Assembly (NCBI GenBank): GCA_951406725.2
Contig: OX597815.1
Location: 99,138,001-99,202,000, forward strand
DNA from: Octopus vulgaris
Lineage: Eukaryota
Direction: 5' to 3'
DNA length: 64,000 nt
Below the pieces are notes generated by a model. The model saw only the letters and a list, made by a program, of their open reading frames with translations, was not told the DNA's origin and made no database searches. The translations under genes were made by a program, and so were the position numbers. Of the stretch, positions 41,618 through 56,824 are shown piece after piece. Position 1 is the first letter of the stretch. Every line of letters begins with the position of its first letter.

Positions 41618-44600
41618 TTGTCTTAGCACAGCTCCTAACGCTGGAGATGTACTACGGTGCCAGCTGTTCACTACCAGTGAACTAAAGTAACAGCTCTTAT
41701 TTTTCGAGCACCTTCCAGAGTATTCGAGCGGTTACAAGCAGTACTGTTTTCTGCAAGTGCTCCACCCTTATATAGCAGCCCCTATTTGTTCTACGTACTT
41801 ATCGAGATTTTTGCTCACTGTTCCCAGGGCTCCGACAATTATTGGTACTACTGCTACCTTTTCCATCGACCACAACTGCTTAATTGCCCGAGCTAGCCTG
41901 TCATATCTCTCGACTTTTCCTTTTCCCTATCGTATACATTGTTGTCAGCTGGGCATGCTATATCTATGATCCAGCACAGTTTGTTTTCTTTCTCAATTAA
42001 GAATATGTCCCGCTTCCTATTCTCTATCTTATGGGCGCACTGAATCAAAACTCCCATGGAATCTTTGCATTTCAATTTTCGACGATACCTTCGGGTTTGT
42101 GGTCGTAGCAATTTTTTGTTCTGTTAAGTCCATACTTGTTACAAAGTATCCAATGTCTATATTGTCGTGGCGTCTTTTATATTCCTTCTGGGCTTGTGCC
42201 GTACATTGGCTGGTAATATGCCATACGATTTCACCGTTTTGTCAACAGATTCTGCACTTATCACTTTCTGCTGTGTTGTCTATTCTGTATTTTGTGTGGT
42301 TTGTTCGTAGTGCTTGCTCTTGGGGAGCACAGATTAGAGCCTTCGTTTCCCGTTTTAAATCATTTTTAGTCATCCAGAGCAATCTTTTTTCTCTGTCGTA
42401 TCTTCAACATCCCTATGAAATTGACCATGCATTCTTTTCTTTACCCACCTATTTTCAGTTTCATTCGTTTTCAATTTCTTGTATACTGCTTTATCTTTGC
42501 AATCTCTCATCCTACACAAGCCTGATCTTACTTCTAATAATAGCGGTGCTGTGGTATTTTTTACATACCATGCTATGTTGTTTTCTTCTGCTCTAATTCT
42601 GTGTTTGCATCCAATAGTCCTCTTTCCCCTCTTTGTCTTGGTTACATACAGTCTGTCTGTGTCACATTTTAGGTAGAGTGACCCATATCTTGTTAGCAAA
42701 TTCTTTGTCTTACTGTCTAAGCTGTTTAGTTCGTCTATTCTCCATGCGATTACCCCTGCACCGTATCTAAGGAGTGAAACCGCTCAGGCGTTCATAGCTT
42801 CGATCTTATTCTGTCCGTTTAATTTTGACTTAAGGATCAGTCTCAGTCTGCGTAAGAACTCCACTTTACATTTTTTCTCCATCAATTTATCCATTTCCAA
42901 AATCTCCAACTGCTTTAGCCCGTGTCTTCTACCTGCTTCATAACCTCCCCCGATGGTATTGTTAGCCCGTCCGTACATTTGATTTTGCTTCTCTTCACGA
43001 CTAACACACCACAATTTCTCATTTCGAACTCCATTGTAATATCAGCACTGACGGTATACACCGTATCAACGATGGAACTGACTTGGGATTCATCTTTACC
43101 ATAAATTTTCAGGTCATCCATGAATAATAGATGGTTAACATTTTGTTGGCAGCTTTTGAATACATACTCAACTTTTGCTTTCCTCGGAATCAGTGTTAGT
43201 GGTATCAAGCACAGTAAAAAGATCAGTGGGGGCAGGTAGTCCCTTTGGAAGATGCGCTTCCTAATTTCTACGGTCCCTAATATTCTTCCGTATGCTGTCA
43301 GGTCCGTCCTCCAATTCGCCATACTTTTTCCAAGCAATCGCTCAACATTCGATGCAATACCAAATAGGTTCATGTACTCCATAATCCAAGAATGTGGGAT
43401 CATATCGTACGCCTTACGATAGTCGTCGATCCATGACATGGCTAGTTACTTTTCCTCCTCTTGCAGTCTCTAAGTACAGAGTTGATCCTTGATACCTCTG
43501 CACTTATGCTTGCAACCCTTCTGCTCAGGTGACAGGACTCCGTTTTTTACAAGATGTTCGTACATTGACTCTGCGAGTATTCCAGTCAATAACTTCCACA
43601 TAAGTGGCAAACAGGATATAGGCATGTAATTGTCTACCGTATTGCCTTTTTCGATGTTCTTCAGGCACAGCAACGTCCTACCCAATGTCAACCACTCTTG
43701 TGTTACTTGGTCGGCATTTCACAAGGTGTTGAGTTTTGCAGCTATTCATGCATCACATTCACAAAATCTTTTGATCCAGTAGACTTGAACTCCATCTGGT
43801 CCCAGGGCTTTCCAGTTTCTCATATTTTTGCTGATTTTCTTCACTTCCGTAACTGAAATGTTTAGTTCTGCCTGTTTTGGACAGGTTACTGTTTGTTTCA
43901 GTTCTTGCAACCATTCAGCATCCTTCTTGTGCTCCTTGTATTTACTCCAGGTGTCACTCCAAAACCTTTGACTTTCAATGTTAACTGTTATCAATTTTTC
44001 ATCTGTAAACTCTCCATTTATTTCTTTATAGAATCACTTCTGATCTACTCTGAATAACCTATTCTGCTGGTAACCCTTCATTCTTTGGTCGTATCTTACC
44101 CGCTTTGCTTTCTTTGCAACAAGGCGCTGTTTCAGTTCCTCCATTACTTCTTTCAGGCCCTTTCTTTCCATATTATACTTTCTTTTCAGCGCCCTGTATT
44201 TTTGTTCGCATTTAAGCTCCCCTTTCTCTTTTCGGTCTAACACAGAGACTTTCTTCGAGACCATGTCTAACCCTGCTTGGATTCTTCTTTTCCACCATGG
44301 ATCTTTTCTTTTGTCACTCTTATTATGTTTCTTTTTGTTGACATCAACACCCATGTTTTCTGCTACAACAATACTTGCTGCCTTGATCAAATTATTTGTT
44401 TCTGTAATGTTTGTTTTGATGTATTTCAGAATTTCATTGACATTTTTCGTTTCTTGGTTCAATTTCCATCGATCAACCTTTTTAAGGTTGCAATTAATGT
44501 CGCTAGCGTTCTCCTGTAGTCTAAACTTTATTCTGCCCTAGATTGTCTTTTGTTCATCTGTCATGTCGCCATTAGTTTTATTTCTTCTTTTAGATAATCT

Positions 44601-45290
44601 ATATGTCTCTCATCAAGTAAACTACCACTGCTTCTTTCCTGTTCTATGAGATTACTCTTATTAGTAAGAACTGTATTTCCAATGTTATCTCTGCTGCTAT
44701 TTTCCATGACACGTCTTTGATAGCTTCGAGCTCTACTTCTATGAACCAACAATTTTTCCTTATTGCTCTAGCTTGATCACATAGTTTCTGTTCGGTAAGT
44801 TGAAACAATCCCTTTTCTCTCCAGTGATCATACATACGTTGTCGGTAACCCCTAATTTGAGCACCATTTTCGTCTACCGGGCTGCTCAGGTAGTAACACT
44901 CCATGACCACAGCATTAATTTGGTTGCTCCATCTACACCGTGTGTGGTGGGCCCTTTCTGGATATCGACAGGCGTGAGCCCGACCAGAATCTCTCAGTAA
45001 CATTGTCACCATAATTGGTTTCAGTTTCATTTCCGCCGTTATTCACAATAATTTGTTTTCTCATTGTCACTCATATGAGGTAGCGATTATCAGGTTGCGC
45101 AATTACCAATGTTTTTATTGTGACACCATCACTAGATGTATCATTAATCAGCCCATGAGGAGGCTCCATCCGCTTCCTTTCCTTATTTTTATTATTATCA
45201 TCACTGATATCACTGATATTATTGTTTTCATGTGTATTACCAGCATTAGTTGCATCAACAGCAACTGTAGTAAGGGTGGTTGTTAGGCCT
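41618..45290 (-). mobile_element. Near full-length R4/Dong-clade LINE (family 3), pseudogenised
   Basis: RWSNQIN..VMECYY...GYRQRM...[10 protein letters not shown]; PWWKRRI; WKALGPDGV; [15 protein letters not shown]; EQKGC; YRKAYDMIPH; LFMDDLK; MHGQF; CRIC; CWIIDIACP. The 3' end runs into (TAA)n. Confidence 0.92.
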
Positions 45291-45378
45291 TAGATTCCTG
45301 TGCTATCACAGTAGTAGTTGTAGTGTTATTGTAGTATTAGTAGTATTTGGTATTAGCAGCTGCAGCATATTATTATTA

Positions 45379-45438
<60 letters not shown>

Positions 45439-45844
45439 GATAGAGGCAGGCTGTGCGGTGTCTGGCATATAAAAGGAGGAAAATATAGGACGTTTGGCAA
45501 ATTGCGCAGTAATGAGGCAGAGGACCACTGAATATCTGCCATATCATACACCTCTGTTACATAACTACAGGTGCATTCCTATATGGTGCGGTGTACGACC
45601 GAAGGTTCAGTGTTTTACTTGTCATGCCATGCAAAGACAAATGCTTAACAATTTTTGTATTTCATCATTCTTACCACTCCTAATTGGGACTCTTTATATT
45701 ATATTGTTATCCATAATGGCTGACACATTTTTGCTTGACCAAAATTCACTATTATTCCCTAATCCGTTTTTGTACTGTCCCCTAAGTTTTGGAACCTTAT
45801 GGCTAATAAAAAAGATGTATATTATTTTTGGAAATTCAAAAACA

Positions 45845-46630
45845 GTGGTGAGCTGGCAGAATCGTTAGCACTCCGGACAAAATGCTTAGCGGTATTTTGT
45901 CCGACTTTACGTCTTGAGTTCAAATTCCGCCGAAGTCGATTTTGTTTTTCATCCTCTCGAGGTGGGTAAAATAAGTACCAGTTGAGCTCTGAGGTCTTTG
46001 TAATCAACTTAACCTCTCTGCCGAAATTGCTGACCTTGTGCCAATATTGTTGGAACCTCAATAAAGTCGGCGAGCTGGCAGAAACTTTAGCATGCCGAAT
46101 GAAATGCTTAGCGGTATTTCGTCTGCCGCTACGTTCTGAGTTCAAATTCCTCCGAGGTCGTCTTTGCCTTTCATCCTTTCGGGGTCGATTAAATAAGTAC
46201 CAGTTACGCACTGGGGTCGATATAATCGACTTAATCCGTTTGCTTGTCCTTATTTGTCCCCTCTGTGTGTAGCCCCTTGGGAGCAGTAAGGAAATAGGTA
46301 TTTAGCCTGTCTTTACTTTCTAAGTTGAAATTCCGCCGAGGTCGACTTTGCCTTTCATCCTTTCGGTGTTGATAAATTAAATACCGGTTGCGTACCTCTC
46401 CCCCAAAATTTCAGGCCTTGTGCCTAGAGTAGAAAAGAATCTGTAGCATTCCGAACGGATTGCTTAGTAGCATCTCGTCCATCTTTACGTTCTGAGTTCA
46501 GATTCCACCGAGGTCGACTTTGCCTTTCATTCTCTCGAAGTCGATAAAATAAGTACCAGTTGAGCACTGGGGTCTTTGCAATCAGCTTAGCCCCACCTCT
46601 GAAATTGCTGGCCTTGTGCCAAAATCTGAA
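45845..46630 (+). mobile_element. Tandem cluster of SINE A (monomer, dimer, headless monomer)
   Basis: Four copies of the gagttcaaattccgccgaggtcgactttgcctttcatcc core. The dimer at 46068-46440 has the same linker as the dimer at 13804. Confidence 0.92.
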
Positions 46631-47482
46631 ATCATTAGAACTTCAATATAAAATAAGACATCCCCACCTAACACTGCATACCTCGAAAAACGATGTCAAC
46701 ATTTCTATTATTCAAACTTCAGTTCTTATTCATCTTCAATTGAAAGCTGATGCGCTTCATTCGTAAATTTTGTTGGTTATTTATAGCTTTTATTGTGTTA
46801 TATAGGTTATTTTCTTTTAAATTCTTCTACAAATTTTCGTCTCTGTTGCTATTATTTTTGTTTCTATTTAACATTTTCTTTACATTTCACCTTCATTCTG
46901 CAAATGTAAATTTTCCTTCTTTTCCAAAATCTCTCTTTTCCTGTTGTCTTAATATTTTCTTTTTCTATTGGATATTTTCCCCGTTATTTTTCTTTCTATT
47001 TTACAGATTAAATGATAAGAATTAAATGTATGAATTGAAAACACTTCAAAATTATTATAACTTTTACTTTGATCATATAAAGTCTTTTGTTTTCTTTGTA
47101 TTTTTTCACTCTTTTATGTGTCTCTACCAATCAGTTTCTCTCCATATTCTGTCATATCAATCTTACAATTTGAATAAAAATTCTCTCGTATTATCTTCAC
47201 ATCTTCAAATTCTAGATATATACATACATGCACAAACACACACATACACACACCTATATACATACACACACACACACACACGTATATATACATACTCACA
47301 TAAGCATACAAACATATATATATATAGATATAAAAATATATATGTATATACATATATACATATATATCTATATATATATATATATGTATATATATACATA
47401 TATATATATATGTATAAATTTACATATATATATATATATATATACATATATATATGTATATATATATATATTTACATATATA

Positions 47483-47513
<31 letters not shown>

Positions 47514-47841
47514 ATATGTATATATGTATATACGTGTGTACGCATGTATATATGTGTATCCATGTATGTATATATTTCTTCAATGCCGAATATATTCTCT
47601 TTTAAGCTCCCCCCCTCTCTCTCTCTCTCTGTCTGTCTCTCTCTCTCTCTCTCTTATTTGCACACTCTCTTTCATGCTCTCGATGTTTATCTCTGTATAT
47701 CTTTTAAACTTTATGTATACCATATAATACATTTTCATGAGTACAATGCCGATGTGTACCATGTAAATAAGTGTACATGCACATACACACAACTACACAC
47801 ACGCATACACTTACATATATACTTACGTGTATTCAAATGCC

Positions 47842-47876
<35 letters not shown>

Positions 47877-47892
47877 CAAAGTGGAGTTGTGG

Positions 47893-47946
<54 letters not shown>

Positions 47947-48115
47947 AATATATATAATATATAGTAGACAGACAGACAGATAGATATGTAGGGTAGGTCG
48001 GTAGGTAGGTACATATAGACATACATACCTACATATCTATCTATATATATATATATATATACATGCTTGCATGCATACATATATACATACGCATATATAG
48101 AGAGAGGAGGCGACC

Positions 48116-48172
<57 letters not shown>

Positions 48173-48360
48173 GTATATATACATATGTATATTCACAACT
48201 ACATATGTGTGTGCGTGTGTGACGCAGTAAGTGTGAGATTCTGTATGTGTGTGTGAATATGAGTGGGAATGTGTGTGCGTGGATGTTTGTGCTTGAACCT
48301 ATATATATATATTTATATGTATGTTCACACACACACACACACACATACACACACACACAC

Positions 48361-48418
<58 letters not shown>

Positions 48419-48763
48419 TCACAAAGCCCATTCATCTGCATTTACCTACTTTGTCGTTCACATCTATCGCTTTCGCTTGTTCCAACTTTCTCTGTCGTTA
48501 TTTCAAGTCCCTCCTTCTTTCTCTCTTTCTGTCTAACTGTATCTCAGTATCAGTCTTTAATATCTCCCTAACATTACTTAAAACATATAATTTCTTTGTT
48601 AAAACTAAAGCTTTGCACAATTGTTTTTCAATTTATTTGTGGAGTGTTTGTATATTTTCTTATGTTCACAGTAAAGAATTTAATACAGCCTGTTGTTATT
48701 GTGAAATTTGTGCGTGATTATTGTTTGTGCTTGTGAGTAAGTGTGTCTGATTGTATGTGAGTG

Positions 48764-48804
<41 letters not shown>

Positions 48805-48902
48805 TATATATACGTATATATACGTAAATATATGTATACTTAGAATTCATATCTATAAATGAATATATGCGTATGTATATATATACATATATATATACAT
48901 AC

Positions 48903-48957
<55 letters not shown>

Positions 48958-48962
48958 CATAC

Positions 48963-49019
<57 letters not shown>

Positions 49020-49576
49020 TAGTGTGAGAGAGAAAGAGAGATTGATAGATATAGATATGTGTATATATATGTGTGTGTGTGTCTGTGCATTCGTGTATGT
49101 ATATATAAGTCTACATATATGTGTGTGCGTATGTGTGTTTGTATATGTGTATGCATGTGTGTGTGAGTGTATATGTGTGTGAATGTGTGCGTGCATGTAC
49201 CTGCGTGTGCGTATGTGTGAGCCTGTGTGTGTGTGTGTGTGTGTGTGTGAAATTGCTTTTCTTTGTTTTATTTCATTCATTTCATTTTGCTTCAGTTTGG
49301 TAACGCTTTTTTTGTTTTTCTTCTATTTTGGTATTTTTGTCCTCTGGTTTGACTTTTTTCAGTTCCACCATTTCGAGGATTTTACATTCTTTGCTTCTAT
49401 TTTTTCTGCTTTTTGTTTTTTGTCTTGTCTTTATTCTAGTTCTTGTTCTTATATTATTTTTCTCGTTTCCTTGTAAAATTCCGAATTTTTCATACTTTAA
49501 TTTTTCATTCTTTTCTAAATACAAAACTAGTTTTCATCCATTGTGTTCCAACAATTATTTTCAATTTCCCCTCAAT

Positions 49577-49627
<51 letters not shown>

Positions 49628-49716
49628 AACACACACACATACAGAAAGAGAGATAGAGAGAAATATTAACAACATAACCCCAAAAAGAACAAATAATTCG
49701 TTATTCCTAATAAAAC

Positions 49717-49960
<244 letters not shown>

Positions 49961-50483
49961 TTGATATTAATTTTATCAAATGCATAAACAAATAAATGGT
50001 AATAAAGATAACGTATTTCTCATTGTACGTAGATTTTTCCATTTATCTGCCTGCTGTTTTCCTGCCTTGTGTTTTGTCAACATGGCACAAACAGACAAAT
50101 TTTCATCACAGTTTGTATTAACTTGACAAGAACATTACTATAAAATTTGTCACACTTCTACCAACACCAACCAAACTTCTGCCGCGTTCTCGCTCCGTAG
50201 GATAGATCACGCAGGTCTTTGTAATCAATTTAACAACTCAAACAATGCTATTATTACCAATACAGTCTTTTGTTTCCAAGTTCCTTTATAAAGAGAGTTA
50301 TTATTCCTTCCTCTTATTCTTATTCTTTTTCTTCATCTTTCAGGTCATATTAATAATGATAATGACGATGATGATAATGTTGCCGCTGCTATTTTTCAGT
50401 TGTATAGTAATATTTGTATGTTAGAGCATGTTGTTGATGAATGATGTTGGTTTATATTGCATGTTGGTGTATGTATGTGTATG

Positions 50484-50520
<37 letters not shown>

Positions 50521-50869
50521 ATGTGTGTGTGTATTCTTATATTCTTATATTTTTGTTCTCGTTCGTCAATATTGATGTTGGTGTTGTTATTATTCTTTTT
50601 TTGCTGTCGTGCTTGCTGTTTTATTTTAACGCTTTCGCTATAGTACAAATGTATTTTGTCGTTAGATACTCAACTGTTTGGATCAATATTTTTGTAAATG
50701 AAACAAGTGATTAAAGATTGAAAAGTTTATTTCTTTTCATCTTTCTTTCAATCAAAATTATTTCCCACTGCTCTCTCTCCTTCTCTCTTTCTCTCTCTCA
50801 TATATATAAATATCTATATCTATATATATATATATATATATACATACACACACGTATATATATATATAT

Positions 50870-50922
<53 letters not shown>

Positions 50923-51545
50923 AACATATATACGTATATAATAGGTACGTGTGTATATATATGTGTGTATGTGTGTGTATTTGTGTATGTGTGCGTATGT
51001 GTATGTATTTGTATATTTATATTTAACGTATGTATCTATATATATATGCATGTATGTACGTATGTATATATATATAAGTATGCTCTTTTTTGTTAGTACA
51101 TGCAGAGAATAGTTCAACAATGTCAAGTAAAATGAAAATTTCCTTTCTTATTTCTGTAATTACATTAAAATGAAAACATTTCTATGAATTTAGAGAAAAG
51201 TGACATTTTCTATATTTTATTTGAAAATATGGTTTGTCCATGGAGATCTTACACTTACCGTAAGACTCAAGTGGTTTTTCTTCACCAAAATTACTAATAA
51301 ATTTTGAATTATTTGAATGAGTAAATTGTTGAGAATAATACCTGTTTACTTAAACTGTCGAAGAAATAAAGTTGACGGCAACAAAAATTCTCTAGTGTTC
51401 GAGTTAACATAGTAAATGCAGAAGGTGTTCATTAGCTAACTAAAAATACTTAAGTAGTAGGCTAGCTATAATAAATAGCTATATATAAATACACACCAGC
51501 ACGCAAACAAACATATGCGCGCGCGCACACGCACATATATGCAGG

Positions 51546-51548
<3 letters not shown>

Positions 51549-51628
<80 letters not shown>
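51549..51628. repeat. (GATA)n microsatellite
   Basis: Direct reading. Confidence 0.97.
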
Positions 51629-51629
<1 letters not shown>

Positions 51630-52182
51630 AAATGAATGCTAATCATTTTCCCTAAACGACTTCTCCTTACAAGGCACAGGCCACCCTGAAGCTATAATAA
51701 AAGAGAGTTTTTCCAACTGTGGCGAGCAATGACACCCAAGATAGTTACATGACTCCAAATTGCGGTTCTTAATTGGTTGTGAAATGAACGCCACCTCATG
51801 GTAGATCCTATTTATTTCTAGCTACCGGTCTTTAATAATCCCCTACGTTAATATTAACTTAGTAATATTGTGTCTGTTTGCTTTGTTGTTAATGCAAATG
51901 GTGTGTGAATGAAAATCCTTTATTTTCTTGTTCATTGTTGCTGTTTTATTCGTGCTTAACCACATGTTAATCTGGATCAAAAAGATTCTGTAATATTTTC
52001 AGTTTATCAAGGACTACATTTTCTAATTTCTGTTTGCTTTTTTTTTTGTTTTTTTTTTGTTCCTGTAGATAATATGCTGGTATCGCAGGGAGATTAGGCT
52101 GTCAATTGTAACAGATCGAATGACTACGTAGTTACTCCCCCATTATTTCATTTGTTTTTTTGTTCATTTGTTCTGTGCAAAG

Positions 52183-52245
52183 CATTGATCTATTTTACTT
52201 CGCATTGATCTATTTTTTTCTTATCATTGATCTATTTTACTTCGG
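52183..52245. repeat. Three-copy ~21 bp minisatellite cattgatctatttt(acttcg)
   Basis: Direct reading. Confidence 0.85.
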
Positions 52246-54308
52246 AAATTTATTTTTTTGAAAACTTTTTCAAATTCTTTCTATCAAATTCTAAAGAAAA
52301 ATAATATAAAATGTTAATAGGCGGTGCTCGACCATGACCACAGTCTAATGACTAAATCAAAACGACGTATTACATGGTGCACCTTTAGAAAGTAAACAGT
52401 TTTTAGTCTCGTTTTGCAATGAAGAGACTGTTTTTCAGTCATAAGTTTTAGGCACTAGGACAAAAAAGGAAAAAAAAACAGTTCGGTCTCACTAGTCGTG
52501 GCCCTTTTCATTATATCGTCCAAGTTCGGTTACCCATTTTTGTCACCATAGAGAAAATAGTTGCCGATAACTTTTTATGATATACATAAACTCGAATATA
52601 ACTAATTTGCATAAAAGAGAGACAAATAAATGAATTGAAAATGTTTGTGTAGTGATGACAGATCTGCTTGGTCTGATGAGTAGGAGAAGCCGTTGTAGTA
52701 ACAATAAGACAGTTGGAGAGACTAATGATAGCAAGTTTGTAAGACCGAGGTTGGTGAGTGGCTTCATACCAATCATCTTATATGGATGCGATCCCGACGG
52801 TCTCAGTTTATAAGTAGCAACATAACCCTGATAAGGAAACTTTACACTATTGTGGCTCTTTCCAGAGTTTTAAACATTTACTATTTGCTTTGAATGCTGA
52901 AATATTTTCTGGCTCAGTAGAGAAGAAAGTTCAGTCTTTAACACTAAAATCTAGCATTAGTTCCATTTGAATGCTGTTCATGTTTAGGAGTAAATTGGTT
53001 CCCTTGTTGGTTTGTGTAACGCATGAGTGTGTTAGTAAATTTACCATAATATATATGTATCTTATAAAACTACTTTCATGCTCTTTGCATTATAGAAAAC
53101 ATTAAGACATGCAAAGTAACCTCTATATGCTCGAAATAGCAGCCAAATTTCAATCAAATCATACCTACCTTTTGAAAAAAAAAAGAGAAATCAATAGTTA
53201 CTACACTGCGAGATACCCGATGTTGCAATGATCACGACTGCAATGCTCTTAATCATAGGTATGATGGGTCAGGGCTGACCTTGAGTTAAACGACAACAAA
53301 AATAACAAAATGCCAGATATTTCAAAAGCTTTGATTTGGAAAAGAAATCAGATTCTTGTTTTGTTGAAATCACTGCTGAAAAATAAAAGACAAACAGGTT
53401 TTTTGTTTCAAGTTTCAAATGACTCCAAACAGTACCCACGATAATGTAAAACATATTTTATTGGAGATTGTTAATAGAATCTTTATTCTCTGATAGAAGA
53501 TTATTACATCACAGATGCAAGAATGTACTCCCAGGTGATACTCCGTTGTTGTCTGTCCTAAAACAATCTGCCGCCATCAAACGTGTTAGTAGAATTTCTC
53601 GTCTGATTATTCGTTCTGGTTGTAACTGTTATCGTTCCCATAATGCATTATATGTGAAATACGTTCCTACTAATCTGTAGATTAGAAGAATAGAGAAAAG
53701 AGAAAGAAATGTATAACAGAAGTAAGTGAAATGAACACAACATGAAATATTCGACAAATATTTCTGTTCAAATCTAATTTAATATCATTATTTTGAAACG
53801 TTTCGAATACTGAAGATGCTGAAAAATATAAGATAATCAGTCAGAAAGAAAATTAAGAAAACAATCTGAAACATATACTTGCTTGTATTTATATCAGATA
53901 TCTATTGTCTCATTTGATCATTTCATAAATTTCCCCAGAGAAGAGAAGACAATATAGAGTAGTGACGTTAACTGTACGCAGTATTGATTTGCTTCTCTTT
54001 ATGTTGTGGGATCAAATCACGGTCAGGTTGACTTTATAAAATAAATACTTGTTGTTTTTGTTGTTGTTGTTTGGCTGTAAATCAGCCATTATTGATCAGA
54101 CGATAAATGACCCAAACATTGCGGCCATGGGTACCTCTGTCTTATCTCTTTACAAATATAGTGAATCTGCTCCCTCACTATGCTATGCGTCATTTCTGTT
54201 TTTAAAGGCGGTAGGATGCGATCTGAGAAGCATTTAGGATATAATTTCAGTGATTTCAGGGGATAATATAGAGACCTCATCTCTAGCATGGCATTAATAA
54301 GTTACGGT

Positions 54309-54700
54309 AAGGCGGTGAGCTGACAGAATTTTTGGTACGTCGGACAAAATGCTTAGCGGCATTTCGTCCGTTTTTACATTCTGTGTTCAAAAGTACGCTT
54401 TCGGAATCGATGTAATCGACTAGCCTCCTGCCTCAACATCTTAGGTCTTATGCATATATGGTAGAGAGGATAAATATACTAGAGTAAAGTGGCGAGATGG
54501 CAGGCTTCTTTGAATCTCGGATAAGATGCTTAGCAGCATTTTTCCCAACTCATTGCGTTTTGAATCCAAATATAGCCGGAGTCAACCTTGTCCTTTATCT
54601 TTTCCAAATAGATTAAATAAGTAGCTGCTGAGCAATGGAATTGTTGTACGCGACTTACCTCCTCCCCTAAAATTGCTGACCTTGTGCCAAAATTAGAAAC
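54309..54700 (+). mobile_element. Two degraded SINE A copies
   Basis: ggcggtgagctgacagaa...aatgcttagcggcatttcgtc and gtggcgagatggcagg...ttgctgaccttgtgccaaaa. Confidence 0.8.
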
Positions 54701-56458
54701 CATTAATATGCCAGAGTCAGTTCCGTCAACTATGGCAAATCCTTATGCAAAATACGTAATCATTTCATTGGAATCACAGCCAGTTTTGGAGTTAGAGTAC
54801 CGAACTCACTGCCTAACCGTTACTAGTTCATTCTCTGTTACTCGACTTTCCGCTACTTATGCTTCCCTTCTCACCAACTAAAATTACAGTTTTCATAGAG
54901 CCAGACAAACGTTTTTATCACTCTGGAGAATGCAATACTGTCGTCCTTGAAATCAACAAAACCTCCGACTATGTATAGCATGTGAATTCATAACATATTA
55001 GCTCGCTTAAGAGTGCTGGTTCTCTCTCTGATCTCTTAGAGAGGAATATCGCTGTCAGGTGGTTCCATCGAAATGAGAAATGATAGTTGTCTTTGACTAT
55101 CAATCTATGAATCCTGCCATAATTGAAAGGTTCGGGTATGTCAGTTCTATACAGTTATGACTTTTACTTTATTATTTCTAAGCTGCCTCACGTATACGAA
55201 ACTATCTTCTTTCACCCTACTTCAACTTTCATCAAAAACGCATCATCTAAAGAAACTTGCATTGCTCCCACGAACCTGATGCAACAGATTCACTGCTTCG
55301 GTATACACGACACCTGCACTGCTTCCGTACACACCAAACCTATATCAATTCTTTTCATATCATAGCCTTTTATACGCCCCGCCTCTCTACATAACATAGT
55401 TTCACTTTCTCAATACACTCCCTATCTGTACTTCTATGTGCATCCTGTCTTTTTTTATTCATGCTTAATCTGTCAAGTATGACATTATTCAATGTCCCGT
55501 TTTTTTTTGTTTTTTGTTTTTTTTTTATACGGTAGGATAGGATTTAAGGGAAATTTGGCTGCTGTTTCTAGCCGATTGAAATACTTCCCAGAGATTTCTT
55601 CGTAGGCTTTGATATGTTTATTAAGAAACTGAATTCCCACATTATATATTCATTTAAAGCCATTTATGCATACTAAACAACTGCCTACTTCTCTTTGGCA
55701 AGCTCCACATTCTTATACGTCACTTTTGTCTCAGCAGGAACTTCTATAGTTTTAGGTGATAAGTTGTTCTGGCGTTCAAATTTGGCTCTTATTTCTATCA
55801 GAAAGTTATCCAGAGATAATTATCCAGGATTACATTATCTAATGTGTGTCCTTTCATTGTGATTTCAGTGAGACTTGGTGGGAAAGGGAACACTTGGATA
55901 CAAATTGCATCGCTGGATTTGTTGTTTTCTTAGATCCTTATGAGCCCCGATGGGACAGACTTATTGCTAGAGGCATTCCACCAATGAACAGTCTTTTTTT
56001 GTGTGGGTGCGGGTGTTCAGAAGTAGTATATGGGACTACATTATCCAGCTCATCGGTTCGTTCATCTTTTGAGACGAAAGGATGTGATTTGAAAGAGGCC
56101 TAGCTGCTATTTCTAGTAGGTCTCTCAAGCAATCAATCGTGCAATTGTTTGCTCTGCATCGCCCCCTTATTTTCCCCAGGTCGACCTAATGATGTAAAGG
56201 AGCACTGAATACATTTTTAGCAGGAATCAAAACTTCACAGAGGCTTCAATACACCGAGGGGTTATTTTCTTTACGAAGTTCAGCATTATCTATTCAACTA
56301 GAGAAGCATCAATCAGTCAAATTATATTGGTGTCTAGCAGCATAAGTTTTCAATCGCATTGTATCAACATCTAGCTGTTCGTAGCTGCTTGTGTACGTGG
56401 ATACGTACATGCCTGTTTGTGTGCTTATGTGTTTATCGTGTGCTTATACGCGTGTATG

Positions 56459-56518
<60 letters not shown>

Positions 56519-56763
56519 CACACATATATATATACTCATTACATACATACATATATATACATATACATATGTGTGTGTTTCTGTCTGTATCTGTGAATGT
56601 GTTTATGAGTGGTTATATGTGGTATGTGACTGTGTGTCCTTAAGTGAGTGGATGTACATCTGTACATACGTATACATAATTATGAGGGTGATTTGGTTCG
56701 GGATCACGTGTCTTCGAATGTGTCTGTGCTTACGCATATCCTTGCATGTATATGTGTATATAT

Positions 56764-56824
<61 letters not shown>

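Noticed and set aside
52670-52700. Hammerhead ribozyme (ctgatgag)
   Set aside because: No downstream GAAA with the supporting stems.
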